Shown: one piece after another, positions 50,247-62,188 of the stretch
Position numbering within the stretch: position 1 is the stretch's first letter
Layout of the letters: every line of letters starts with the position of its first letter
Assembly: GCA_003427395.1 (NCBI GenBank)
Contig: BFEA01000014.1
Coordinates: 3,474,431 to 3,538,430, forward strand
Direction of reading: 5' to 3'
DNA from: Chara braunii
Lineage: Eukaryota; Plantae; Charophyceae
DNA: 64,000 nucleotides
Made by a program: the position numbers and the translations under genes
The notes under the pieces: generated by a model
Told to the model about the DNA's origin: nothing
Seen by the model: the letters and a program-made list of their open reading frames with translations, nothing else
Database searches by the model: none

Positions 50247-51591
50247 ACGGTAGTCATAGTGTGATGGGACCATACATGTTTTGTTTTGTTTTTCCCATAA
50301 AAATAGTTTCGAGGGATTTTATGATGGTGGTGCGTGACGTGGCACATAGTCGTCCTTCATGTACAATAGGCTGGTGATGTGTTTTCTATCTTAGGTGGTC
50401 GACTGTGTTTTTTGTTTGGGGAGCATGACTGATGTTAGACGACCATGACTTGTACGTCGAGTGTGTGCGATTTTTGTTCTGCATTGCAGGACTGGGCGTG
50501 CTGTAGGCAAACCGATATTGCGATGCTGCACACTTTTGCCTTCATGGGCATTTTTTTCACAATCGTATCTATTTTGGTTCCTCCCTTGCCTTTTATGGCT
50601 GGAATGGTAGCGGACACACTCCTCCAAAGAACTCCCTTTGGTCTTGAATGAAAAATTGCATTTTTGTTGTTCAAAGGAATTTCCCCACATGTGCACATTT
50701 TCGACATAAATCTTGTGATGAATGTTTTTGAATCAAGGTGAAACTGAGGGTTGAGAAAAAAACGGGTTTGTGAAAAACTTATGTGTGCTCTGTCCTTTGA
50801 GAAATACAGAAAGACGAAAACCATATGTATGTTGTGCTCAAATGTCAATTTTTTTTTTGTGTGAACGAAAAGTGTATGGCATCTATGCGTTTTGTGAATC
50901 TCTCTTTCTTTCTGATGATTCACATTTGTCGTGCCTTTACTAACTTGGGAAACGACGAACGAACACAAAACCTAAACATAAGAAAAAAAAAAAAAAAAAA
51001 AAAAAAGTGTTGCTCTTGCCAATTCCTAAATAACTTTTAATGGTCATTGTTGTCGGAAAAAGAGTTGAGTTTGTCAATGAATGCATTGCACGAAACAATT
51101 GGAAGTACAAGCATGTATAAGCACGTAGGGAAAAAAAAAGAAAAAGTACATATATCTGCGATAAAACCCACGAGTACGGCAATGAATTAAAAAGGAAATG
51201 CATAGACATGAAAAAAATAGACTGTTGGGAGTGACAAACCGCCCCTCATAGCAAAAAATGAAGAAGTTTGTGACCTGCATACACTGAACGGGCACCCCTC
51301 TCCACCCCCCCCAATCCCTCCAATCAATATATGTTTACATAAGTCCTTCTCAACGATATGCTAGTGCACACTACTTGCATGTCAATGAACACGCACAGAT
51401 TCTACAGGAATATACAACTTTCAACTCCATGTGTTTGTCTATCTAACCATCTACCTAACAATGTGTCATTCTATCAGAGACTCTCCATGCATGCTCGTTC
51501 ATATGCATCTGTGAATCTAACCGTCCACCTAAAAAAATATATATTATACATCGAAAACCGAAAAGAAAAGAAAAAAAGAAAACCTTAAAAG

Positions 51592-52564
51592 CTAGGCTAC
51601 CAGCCAGGTCGCCCGAGTCACTTTTTTTTCTCGGGTATCCCGATCGTGCAAAGACCAGGAAATGTCATAGCAGAAAAGGAAAAAAAAATAAAAAAAGAAT
51701 AAAAAAAACAGGTAATGCAAAAAAATAAATTGAATAATTTTTGCGTCAGGGTCACATTGAGATTCTTTACCGAATTATTATTATTATTATTACTACCAGG
51801 GTTGCCAGGCCGAACGTATGGAGGCCGTTAAGCTGACCCTTGAATGTTCGGGGGTTCGGGTTCCCGTACGGGGCCCGAACCTGAACGGCTTCGGACCCCT
51901 CAAAAAAATATTTTAACACCTAAATATTATTATTATTTTTCTGAAAATGTTTTTGCGAGTTCTTTGTGATGTAAGGTATCTCCCTCTTAATTTTGAAGCC
52001 ATTCTGTTCAAAAAAAAAAAAAAAAAAAAAGTCGGCAAAGATGGTGGTTTCAAAACTTGCTTGCCCACTTCTAATTTGTTTTTTCTCCCTTTTCATATTT
52101 TGTTTTTTCTTTATTTCGGGGCAAAAAATATATATATTATTTTTTAAAACTTTATTTATAAATTCTCTATTATGTAATATACACATATATAAATTTTCAT
52201 AACATTTGTCGCAGCCAAAAAAAAAAGGAAAAATGGCCGAAGATGGCGGTGTCAAAACATGCTTGCCCACTCAAGAATTTCATTCTCGTTTTATTTTTTA
52301 ATAATTTTTATTATTATGATTATTTATTTTTAGTATTTAATTTTTATTTCAAATTTGGTTTAGAATTTGGATGTAACGTTGAGGCAAATGTTCTTTAGTT
52401 TATTCTTTTATATAACATATAGTTTTTTGAGAGTTTTTGAATTTGTTTTTTCTCTTGGGTCCGCGTTCGGCCGAACGGACGAACGAGTCGAGAGGGGTTG
52501 CCGAACGTTCTGACGTCCGGGTTCGGGCGTTCGGTCCGTCCCGAACGTCGGCAACCCTGATTAC

Positions 52565-52619
<55 letters not shown>

Positions 52620-53048
52620 GTTATTATTATTATTGTTATTATTATTATTATTATTATTATTTTATTATTATTATTATTTTATTATTATTATATCATTATA
52701 TAGGCTATCGGCCAGGCCGCCCGGGTCACCCTATTTTCCCGTGCAGCCCGACCGTACAATGACCAGGGAAGGTCCCAAAAAAAAAAAAAAAAAAAAAAAA
52801 TCTAAAAAATCCAAAAACAACTATATCGTGCAAAAGAATAAACTGAACAACTTTTGCCTGAGGGTCACATCGAAATTCTTTACCAAATTTACGTTAAAAT
52901 TTTTAATTAAAATTATTTTTATTATTTTTATTTTATTTCGGCTCAGCCGGGTAAGTGGACCCGGACCACTCTGGTAACCTAGATTATTATTATTATTATT
53001 ATTTTGGCCCGGTCGGGCAAGTGGCCCCGGGCCACGCTGGTAGCCTAG
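51592..53048. mobile_element. hAT-like non-autonomous element containing nested insertions
   Basis: TIR CTAGGCTACCAG / CTGGTAGCCTAG with flanks CTTAAAAG/CTTAAAAA. A second copy of the same family lies at 52701-52981. Confidence 0.65.
51797..52559. mobile_element. hAT-type MITE, 763 bp
   Basis: TIR CAGGGTTGCC / GGCAACCCTG, 8-bp TSD ATTACTAC/ATTACTAT, and subterminal CCGAAC repeats. Confidence 0.8.
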
Positions 53049-53169
53049 CTTAAAAACCAAAAGAAGAAGACGATATGGGAGCTGAGCGATGATGACTACT
53101 CCTATAGAGCGCTTCCGTTGTTTCGAAACACGCAGGCAACGTGGAGGACATGACATAGTACACACTTCA

Positions 53170-54380
53170 AGATGACATTTGCCACACGTAGCCGATGGTG
53201 GTGGTTTTTGTACATGGTTGTACGTCGTCATCGTCTTCCCCAGAGTCATGATCAGATTCGTCCTCTGTAGGAGCTTCACCTTCTTCATTGTTGATGTTAT
53301 CGTAGTTGTTGTTGTCGTCGTTATTCTTGTTGTCCTCCTTATTGTTGTTGTCATTGTACTTGCAGTTGTTGTTGTCGTTCCCCTTCCTCCCCAACAAATC
53401 TTCGTCAACAGGGATGCCTTCGTCGGTGTACATGGTCGGGCCTTCCGGGGGTACGTCGCCACCGTCTTCCCCAGAGTCATCATTAGATTCGTCCTCGACA
53501 TGAGTTTCACATTCCTTATCGTTGTTGATGTTATCATAGTTGTTGCTGTCATTGTTGTTTTCGTTGTCCTCCTAACAGTTGTTGTCGTCGTTCTTGCAGT
53601 TGTTGTTGTCATTCCCCCTTCTCCCCAACAAATCTTCGTCAACAGGGATGCCTTCGTTGATGATTATGTTGTAAAATACAACATGCCAAAAATTGGTATG
53701 TGATTGTGACCGAAACACCCCCACATGCCTTTCAATCGCCGGAAACACCGTTCTATCATACTTTGCAATGAGAAGAACATGTTCTCAAATGATATCTTAT
53801 TGGCCGTGCTCGCCAGACCTCCATACAGAATCATCAACCAAGGGAGAAATTCAATAAGATATCCGACATCCTCCATGATGTATCGGTCAATTATTGTGTT
53901 ATCCATGAGTACATTGCTCATCCCCAACAGTTGTTTCCCTGCCTCCACACGCTCATATAAATCGGACATTTGAAGGACTTTTGAATCCTTAACAAAATGA
54001 GGCATGCCCATTGCAATGTCAAAAACGTGATACTTCTCATCACAAACAACCTGTGCAACCATAGAATACTGCATGTTCCTATCATAGTATTCCTCTGCCT
54101 CGCCGCCACGTGTCGTGTCGATGTAGATATGAGTATTGTCGATGACTCTTAAACATACAGGGAAACTTTTTCCTTCGAAATAGTCAAGCGTTGCTTGAAG
54201 CCATGCGGCCATCAACCAAGTTAGTTTGTGAGTATACTCCTGAACAAGTGCTCTTGCGACATCATCCGTGCATCTTACCTCATTGTGCAAGCCCATGCTA
54301 AAGTCATTGCCACACTGAAGGTAATAACAGTCCGTGACCCATCTATAAAGGGAAAAAGGAGAGATAGTTAACATATGCAT
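53170..54380 (-). pseudogene. PIF/Harbinger DDE transposase (HARBI1-like) pseudogene with a duplicated acidic tail
   Basis: IDNTHIYI, YYDR...YSMVAQVVCD, DSKVL, DVGY, IERCFRRLKGMW, then a frameshifted ACCIL.NIII and a D/N-rich tail duplicated (~240 bp). Confidence 0.85.
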
Positions 54381-54429
54381 ATATTTTCAGGTCTCCTTTC
54401 CATGCAGTTCTTCCACTTTAGGTTACTAC

Positions 54430-55208
54430 ACCACTTTCAGATTGTGTGTGGATCTATACATGGGGTTGTCTGAAACCGTCTTCAGGCACTTCAACCACTT
54501 CAACCACTTCAGGTTGATACACCACTTTCAGATTGCCTACAGATCCATTGCAAATGGTGGGATGGGGGTACCCGAAACCCCTTTCAGAAGCTTCAGCCAC
54601 TTCAGCGGTTTCAGGTCCCCACTTGAAATTCATGAAATGACCTGAAGTGGTTGAAGCTTCTGAAAGGGGTTTCAAGTACCTTCATCCAACCATTTGGATG
54701 GGGGTACTTGAAACCCCTTTCAGAAGCTTCAACCACTTCAGCGGTTTCAAGTCCCCACCTGAAATTCCTGAAATGACCTGAAGTGGTTGAAACTTCTGAA
54801 AGGGGTTTCAGCCACTTCAACAGTTTCAGGTCCTCACCTGAAATTCCTGAAATGATCTGAAGTGGCTGAAGCTTCTAAAAGGGGTTTCAAGTACCCCCAT
54901 CCAACCATTTGAATGGGGGTACGTGAAACCCCTTTCATAAGTTTCATCCACTTCAGCGGTTTCAGGTCCCCACCTGAAATTCCTGAAATGACCTGAAATG
55001 GCTGAAGCTTTTGAAAGGGGTTTCAGGTCCCCACATGAAATTCATGAAATGACCTGAAGTGGCTGAAAAAACAGGCAGAAAAAAAAAAAAAACCATACAA
55101 CTTATCCTGCAAACCACCTGAAACTTCTGAAATGACCTGAAGTGTCTTCAGGCCATTTCAGCGGTTTCTGACCACTTCAGAATCTTTCATTCTGAAATTT
55201 CAGGTGGT
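54430..55208. repeat. Foldback-like array of palindromic ~135-bp units
   Basis: Arms GGTAC..GAAACCCCTTTCAGAAGCTTCA.CCACTTCAG and their reverse complement recur at ~54566, 54701 and 54916. Confidence 0.8.
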
Positions 55209-55267
55209 CGTTAACCGCGAGTGAACTGTGGAGGATCATGCCCCCCCCCCTTCCGCCCCCTTCCCCC

Positions 55268-55600
55268 CCTCAACTTCGTTGGCAGGAAATAAGAAGACAA
55301 CCTCTCTTTGGAAACCTGACCATAGTAGACGACAATGGAACCCCGCTGCAGCTCATAACCAGTTCCCATTGGCGTTCGTGGGTGGCCAAAGGGATCTTCA
55401 CGATAGGGGAAATATGGGATGACAAAAGGGGCCAATCGAAAACTGAAGAACAACTGAAAGACCAACTTAAATATGTCCAAAGGAGGACTGAAACTTGATT
55501 CCATCCAATTGGCAAACCCCCTAGCATGGCAAGCACAACTGAAAAAGGGTCCAACGATCGAAAAGCATGATTGGGTGGTGCGCTATGAGGTCCTCCATAG
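55268..55600 (+). pseudogene. L1-like ORF2 fragment (post-RT region)
   Basis: QPLFGNLTIVDDNG...WVAKGIFTIGEIW aligns by eye with QGLFENPFILDENG...WICRGVSRLADIW of the intact ORF2. Confidence 0.65.
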
Positions 55601-57289
55601 CTGAACGATGGTATGGAAAGTGGTGGAAAAAATGGACAAGAAAGTCTGCCTCCAAGCCTTTTTTTTTTTTTTTTTTTTTATTTATTTAAAGAGGCCCAGT
55701 GCCCAAGGCTTTTATTATCAGAGAAAAAAGAGGTCGGGGTCCTCTTAGTCTACCCGGAAAAGGAACCACCTGGGAGTGTTACCCAGTTTTGCTTACATAA
55801 CCGAACCTGCAGGGGCCAACCCCCCGAAAAGTAAAAAATGCAAGAGAACCAAAGCCTACCGTATAACCGACCAACTTTCCATACCTGTCCAGTTAACTGT
55901 TACATCTTCCTTCTCGCACCTCAGTAATCTCTCCTCAACAGTCTGTGTTTGGTCTGAAGTTGTGGGGGGGAAGACTTCAAGGACCGCATGGCTGGAGGAT
56001 AAGCGGCAGAGGATGATGATGTCCATTGGGAACTAGAGGAGGGGCCGGATCCAGAGCTGGAAGATCTTTTTGACTGGCGGCTCACGGACTCCCCGATGGG
56101 CGATTGCTGTGTGATCGATGAGGAACGGCATGATCTGTGCGATGAGTGGGCAACATGTACATCGGGGGTAGCATCTGCGAGCGCAGCCATGAGTGGTCCA
56201 CATCAATTTCCAGTAGCATCCACCATATCAACGATATCCACGACAGCAACAACAATCCCGACAGCATCAACATCGGTTACGACGATGACATTATATTCCA
56301 TATCAACGATTCACACAACAACTTCAACAACAACGATAAGCTCTTCAATTACATCAACAACGCTAAGGACGATGACATCTTCAACACCAACAATCATTCC
56401 GATGACAACAACAGTGCTCCTAACGATGACATCTGAAACACAACTTCCGGCAATAACTATCTTGCTCACTTCAATTGATACAATCGGCATGCTACCAATA
56501 TCTTTCGATCTGACTGCTATTGTGGTGAGTGCTACTCGGTCTCTTCCCATCTTCTCTTTGTGGGGAACTATGCTGGGATCGGAGGCCAGCCTGCTGGGGC
56601 CAAAGGGTAGCCGAGGGTCCTTGCTCGAAAGCTTTGCCGTGAATGGGAAGATGCTGATCTGGTGATGTGGTGAGGGGTGGCATGGGGACGAGCTGTTCCC
56701 ATGGGACTCGGGGGGAGGACGAGAGGCTATGGCGAGGGGTGTGGGAGGGAGGGTCAGTGATTTCCTTACTTGTTATTTCCCTCCCTTCCCTCCATCTGGG
56801 TTGATCTCCCTTGCTTGCTGGACTCTTCCTCTCTTGTCGTGCTTCAAGTTCATTCCATCTCATGGGGCCATTACCATTGGTCATATTCAATTAGGGTTTT
56901 GAATGGGACCAGTGATGTGTTCGAGTTCTTTGCTCTTCTGTAGTTCCCCCCAAAATTCTGCTTTGTAGGTTTTGATCATTGATGGTTCGCTATAGTAGGG
57001 CAGAATTCGTTTGTCCAGGGGACTGGGTTAATCCTTCCTCCTTGGGGAAGCAATCAATGCTCAGCCCTTAATCTCAATCTTCATCTTTGTTGTACAGGGA
57101 AGCTGTCTCTATGGGAGCAGCGGCGAAGGCTCTTCCAGCCATAATGGGAAGAGGCGTATGTCTGCGTTGTGTTCCATATGATAATATGAGCCTTGTGTTC
57201 CATAAGGAATCCGGGTCCTCGAAGGATCGGACCACAACTATCACGCTTTCGAGTCGGCCACCCCCATCTGTGTACTCCCTTTCGATCCT

Positions 57290-57990
57290 GCTGATTGGGA
57301 ATGGCCACAGATGGGGGAGGCCAAGTCACAAAAATTGTGGCAGCACACAGTCAAACAGGGGTACCGCATACTGCACACAAAACATCCGGTGGCCCGAGTA
57401 ATCCAAAACAGATGGGAGAGGGACTCGATGCTCCCCACGATACACTGGAGTGAACTCATGTGGGCACCTTATGCACACTTAATGCCTAGTACGTCTCATA
57501 GAGCCCTCCAATGACCAATTCTCTACCGCTGCCTCCCTACTCCAGACTGGAGCAGAAAGGATGTCACTCCCCCATTTGCAGATACTGCGGCAGGTCTTCT
57601 CAACCCATGAGAGCCACAATGGAACACTGCCTTCTTCCTAGCCTGCCATATGGCCGCCCAGATCTGGAGATGGTGGGACGCGGCCTGGAACGCGCTAACG
57701 GCCTCCCGGTACCCGTGGGACCTGCCACTGCTCCTCCTTGGAAAACACACAGGCGATCCTCCCGCGTGGTCTCCATATGAGACCAACCTGTTCCAAATCA
57801 CAAGGTTGGAACTGCTCATGGTAGCCTGGAGGGCGCACTTCTCATTCAAAAGACACACAAATGCCTTCGGTTTCATCCAGGCCAAGGAACACATGGCGGA
57901 CGACCTGCACGTTACAATCAAAGCGGCATGGAACAGGCTGACTAGCACAAAAAAAATAATTGAAGACTACCTGCTCCCCATCCTTCGTCC
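57290..57990 (+). pseudogene. L1-like ORF2 C-terminal fragment with a zinc finger
   Basis: TVKQGY, then CRYC...TMEHCLL..C..AAQIWRWW, with frameshifts. Confidence 0.65.
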
Positions 57991-58106
57991 TTGTGCACCA
58001 ATGACCCTTCCCCCCCCCCCCCCCCCCCCCCCCCTCACCCCCCCCCCCCCCCCCCCGGACAAAAGACCGCCCCCCCCCCCACCACAAAAAAAAACCAACC
58101 AAATGC

Positions 58107-58150
<44 letters not shown>

Positions 58151-58411
58151 TTTCCTTTCCCCCCTTCCCCCTCTGAGGAAAGGAAGCTTGGCATCCCCAG
58201 GGAACACAAGGACAAGCACATATGGTCAGCCTCTCCAGCTCTCCAAACCAAGAATATCGCTCTGCATCTTTTCATCCGGAGGCTTGGGAAACAGGACGCA
58301 GATTCTGCTCTTTGAGCAACTGGACAAAAACCTTCTCCATCAGGCTGATCTTCCCCATTATCATGCTGCATTGCATTGATTAGGACTACATCTCAGTGCA
58401 TGACGCTAGGC

Positions 58412-58449
58412 CTGTCTCTTATACACATCTAGATGTGTATAAGAGACAG
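58412..58449. other. Nextera mate-pair junction adapter (assembly contaminant)
   Basis: Exact CTGTCTCTTATACACATCT+AGATGTGTATAAGAGACAG (inverted Tn5 mosaic ends). Confidence 0.98.
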
Positions 58450-58585
58450 GTTCCAAACTCCGCGGTGCGACTTTTCTGCAAAGTGGAGTTTAGAGTGCGT
58501 AGTAAACTCCCCACGGGACTGGAATTAAAAACTGCAGTTTGAAATGCATTTAGATACTACTCAAACCATGACCGCACCCTAGATT

Positions 58586-58623
58586 CTGTCTCTTATACAC
58601 ATCTAGATGTGTATAAGAGACAG
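58586..58623. other. Nextera mate-pair junction adapter (second copy)
   Basis: The same exact 38-mer. Confidence 0.98.
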
Positions 58624-59819
58624 GTAGTAAACTACCGATGGGATTGGAATTAAAAACTGCACTTTGAAATGCATTTAGATACTCAAACCATGACCGCACC
58701 CTAGTTTTCTCATTTTTGGGGGTGGGTGGGGGGTGGGGAGCATCACCTGCTGGAAATCGGGTCCAGCATCCCTTCCGATAGAAGAAAGGCAGACCACCAA
58801 TGAAAGAGTGTGAGAGTACCCGCCAGCATTCGTTGTCAAATGTGACAACTCGATGCACCAGAACCCTCAAAATGAGTAAAGGCATTTATTCTGGGGGTCT
58901 CCCTCGTCACCTCCCGAATGCGAGGCCACTGACAATGTTTCCCAAAAAAAAAAAAAAAAAAAAAGAAGGATGGGCTGATGCTTCAGCTGAGGGAAAGGGG
59001 ACGGGATCCTCACTTATGCTGGGTAGGGAGGGGGAGACTGTATTCACTGGAGAATGGAGGCTGGAAAATGGGGAAATTTGCTGTAGTGGAGAGAACTTAG
59101 AGAAGTAGTTTCTCATGCACTCTCAGTCGAAGTTTCATTACGGCCCGGATGAGTTACGCCACACGTAGTACCTCTCCCCGCTTGAAAATTGAATACTCGC
59201 CGGTATATTCGGAAGCCAAGCGGGATCGGGCCGCCACCGTCGATAAATTTCATCGGCGGCCTGTTCCGTTTCAGGCCTTTTTTTTTTCCTGCCCTCGGGC
59301 AATCCATGACGAAGGTACTGGTGGTTAAACAGTTATTGTTATTATATTTCTTTTACTGTTAATCAGTAATCACTGGTGGTTAAACAGTTATTATTATTAT
59401 ATGTCTTTTACTGTTTTTTTTTTTTGTTTTTTTTTTGATATTTCTGTTACTGTTAATCAGTAATCGATGGAAGCTTCAAAAGACAAACAGCTCCCCACCA
59501 ATAACAATGGAGGGCCCTCTCTTGGATGTGGTGTGGTTCAGGTCCCCTTTACCCCTACGCTATATGCGTCTCTCAATTTCGCCCCTCACTACCTACCTAC
59601 CACTACTCCCAAGCCTATTTAGCAGACCCCTGCAAGCATAGCTACATCGGACAATCAAGGGAATGCATGTGCTGCCCCCCTGCCTTAATTGGCTCGTTTT
59701 TTTTTTTTCTTCCATAAAAGCCCAGGTTGTTGTAGAGACCGAGGACCAGACCCATGGTGATCGCTGGCACCCGGCCCTAATTGGCTCATATCCCCTTTAA
59801 GAATCAACTCTCCAAGGGG

Positions 59820-59896
59820 GCCAAGCGGCCTAGCTCAGTCAGTAGAGCACACAAGTGGCATTCAGGAGGTCGTGAGTTCGATTCCCTATCCGTCCA
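59820..59896 (+). mobile_element. tRNA-derived SINE head, same family as the 50170-50246 head
   Basis: A box TAGCTCAGTCAG, shared AAGTGGCATTCAGGAGGTC, B box GAGTTCGATTCC. Confidence 0.7.
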
Positions 59897-60120
59897 TTCA
59901 ATCCCCCATGGCCCCCTGCAGGACACTTTGGGTCGACCAGCTGAGATAGTTGGCTTGCCCCTCCTGGCTGGTCTCGGCAGGAATAAGAGTCTTGCCATCC
60001 CTCACTACGAGTCTACGGTCTTCCCCCGACCAGAGTGCACCCTCATTATGACTGCATTCAACAGGACAGATGGGTTGTATACTCTGTTCGGGGGAAGATT
60101 GCGATAGGGGTTAGGACCCT

Positions 60121-60278
60121 TTTTTTTTTCTTTTTTTTTTTATAAATAAAACCGGGCGCGGTGCCCAAGGCTGATATTACCAATAATAAGATTGAGGCCG
60201 GGGTCCTCACAGTCTGCCCGGAGTGATCGAACCAAAACTGCTGAGAACTGGGCTCAGCGTCCCTCAAATGGTTATAAT
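60121..60278 (-). mobile_element. 158-bp poly(A)-tailed retroposed insert (5'-truncated LINE or SINE 3' end)
   Basis: Poly-T at 60121-41 and a perfect 18-bp TSD GATAGGGGTTAGGACCCT at 60103-20 and 60279-96. Confidence 0.85.
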
Positions 60279-60508
60279 GATAGGGGTTAGGACCCTGGTT
60301 ATTACTCCCCGCACAGAGTTGAGCTTGCTAGTAATGTCCCGATGGCTAACTTTGAGGAGCGCCCTGATGGTTTGTTCGCTCGTAACGTCCTGATGCTTGA
60401 GGAGTGCCCCTATGGTCTGCAGTGCAAAAAAATTAAGAGAAAAAATTACAGCTGTCGTCGTGGAGAAGACAGCTCTGAAAAAAAAAAAAAAAAAAAAACT
60501 CTGCCAGC

Positions 60509-60635
<127 letters not shown>

Positions 60636-62066
60636 GTAGGAGTGGGAAGCAGAAGGATTGCAGAAGGATTTCAGAGATGGTGATGTGGCAAAGGAGGAGC
60701 GGGTGTAGCGACGCGGCGAAAACCCCCGAATTTTTGGCCTTCCATTAACCGCTAGTGGAGATGGGGAACCTTACCAGGGAGGACGATGAATGAAGCTGCC
60801 AAACAAAACATAGCGTGTGACAGCAGCAGAGACTTGGAACCAGTTTGAAAGTTTGAATCATGGAGGCAAACTGCCCCGCCTACAGGCCTGGGTATTGTGC
60901 AAAGTTGCCCACTCCGTATGGAGGGCAAACCGGGTAAAACGGGGTGCAGGCCCAGGCCCCAAGGACGCGGTCCTGATTGCAAATTGGCACACGGGCCTGA
61001 CAGGGGCAAAACACAAAGAATTAGGCCCAAAATGGCATTCCCTCTACCCACATCTTTTAGGGGCATTTTGGCATGCATCTGAACTTATAGGGGTATTTTG
61101 CAACTTATCCTCCCCCTAACCTCCCCACCAAAAAAAAAAAGAAAAGAAACCACGCACTGATAGTGCAACAGAATTCCGACAGGCTTCCGACCTCTACAAC
61201 AATCCTGGGTTTAAAAAAAAAAAAAAAAAAAAGAATTCCGACATCCTGGCTGCTTATCGTGGTATCTCTGGCTTGTCATAGATGAGCACTGGGTGGGGGG
61301 TCTGCTTGGCCTCATCCAGTGAGAAAAAAGAGTGGAAGGAGGCAAAGTAGGAGAAGGATTGCCGGTGTGGCCTCCATGGTTGTTGATTCTCTACAGACGC
61401 CAACAGGGAAAGTGTTGAGAGGACTTGGCAGTGGGAACAGTCAGCTTCAGCGTTCTCGAAGCTGGTATGGAAGAATGGATACAGCAAACTCAACAGCAAA
61501 CACAGGGTCAGCTTAACCCTTTTCTCGGTAGTGTTGGTGTGCGCTCGCTATGGGCTGTGGGCATACATGCAAGGGGGCCACACCGTGTAAGTAATTCCGG
61601 TGCCGCGCACGGGGGAAATAAACACCCAGCTGAGGGAAAAAAGGCGTGGCAGGCCTGGATCAGTGTTCAGCTGCGCCCCCGTCGAAAATTTGTTGTAGTA
61701 TGGGAAAAAAAGGGGAGTCCCAAAAACGAGTCATAATTGCACTATGGGCCGAAATAACAGTTTCGAATTGCACTTGGGGGAATGTATACCACCCAGCTTT
61801 CTGGTCAGGTTGGGTGACCAAAGTGCAATTGGAAACTGTGTCTTGCCCCATAATGCAATTATAATTTATAATTCCTTTTTGTGACAACTTCACCACTTAA
61901 CCGTCAAGACTCAAGACTGATGCCCCAAAGACCTATGTGAGGCTATTTATGATGCCCAATGAGGAAAAAAGAAAGATTTGTAAGAGTGTACTTGAACAGG
62001 ATCTGTTCCTGATCCTCGAAAGACCTATTTGAGGCTCCAGAACAGGGGCCGGCCACCCCACATAAA

Positions 62067-62188
62067 GGGCCTGGCCACACATCTCTGGAAATGTGAAAAA
62101 GACAAAAATGTGGCGGGTGCATTCGGCCATGTTCTGGCGGGAAGTTCATTCTCATTTTGCACATTTCGAGAGTGGTGTGGCCATGGCC
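62067..62188. mobile_element. ~120-bp MITE (GGGCC-terminus family, diverged)
   Basis: TIR GGGCCTGGCCACAC / GTGTGGCCATGGCC; interior similar to 4828-4945. Confidence 0.55.

Noticed and set aside
56096-56665. Thr/Ser-rich mucin-like ORF
   Set aside because: It derives from low-complexity CAA/GAC repeats inside a probable retroelement remnant, with no supporting gene structure.
57650-58315. Proline-rich (formin/extensin-like) protein
   Set aside because: It is an L1 ORF2 remnant running into poly-C tracts, close to adapter contamination.
58412-58623. Natural Tn5-like transposon ends or horizontal transfer
   Set aside because: The sequence is an exact synthetic mosaic-end junction adapter.
59820-59896. 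Functional tRNA gene
   Set aside because: Acceptor and anticodon stems pair poorly and no T-terminator follows, so it is better explained as a SINE head.
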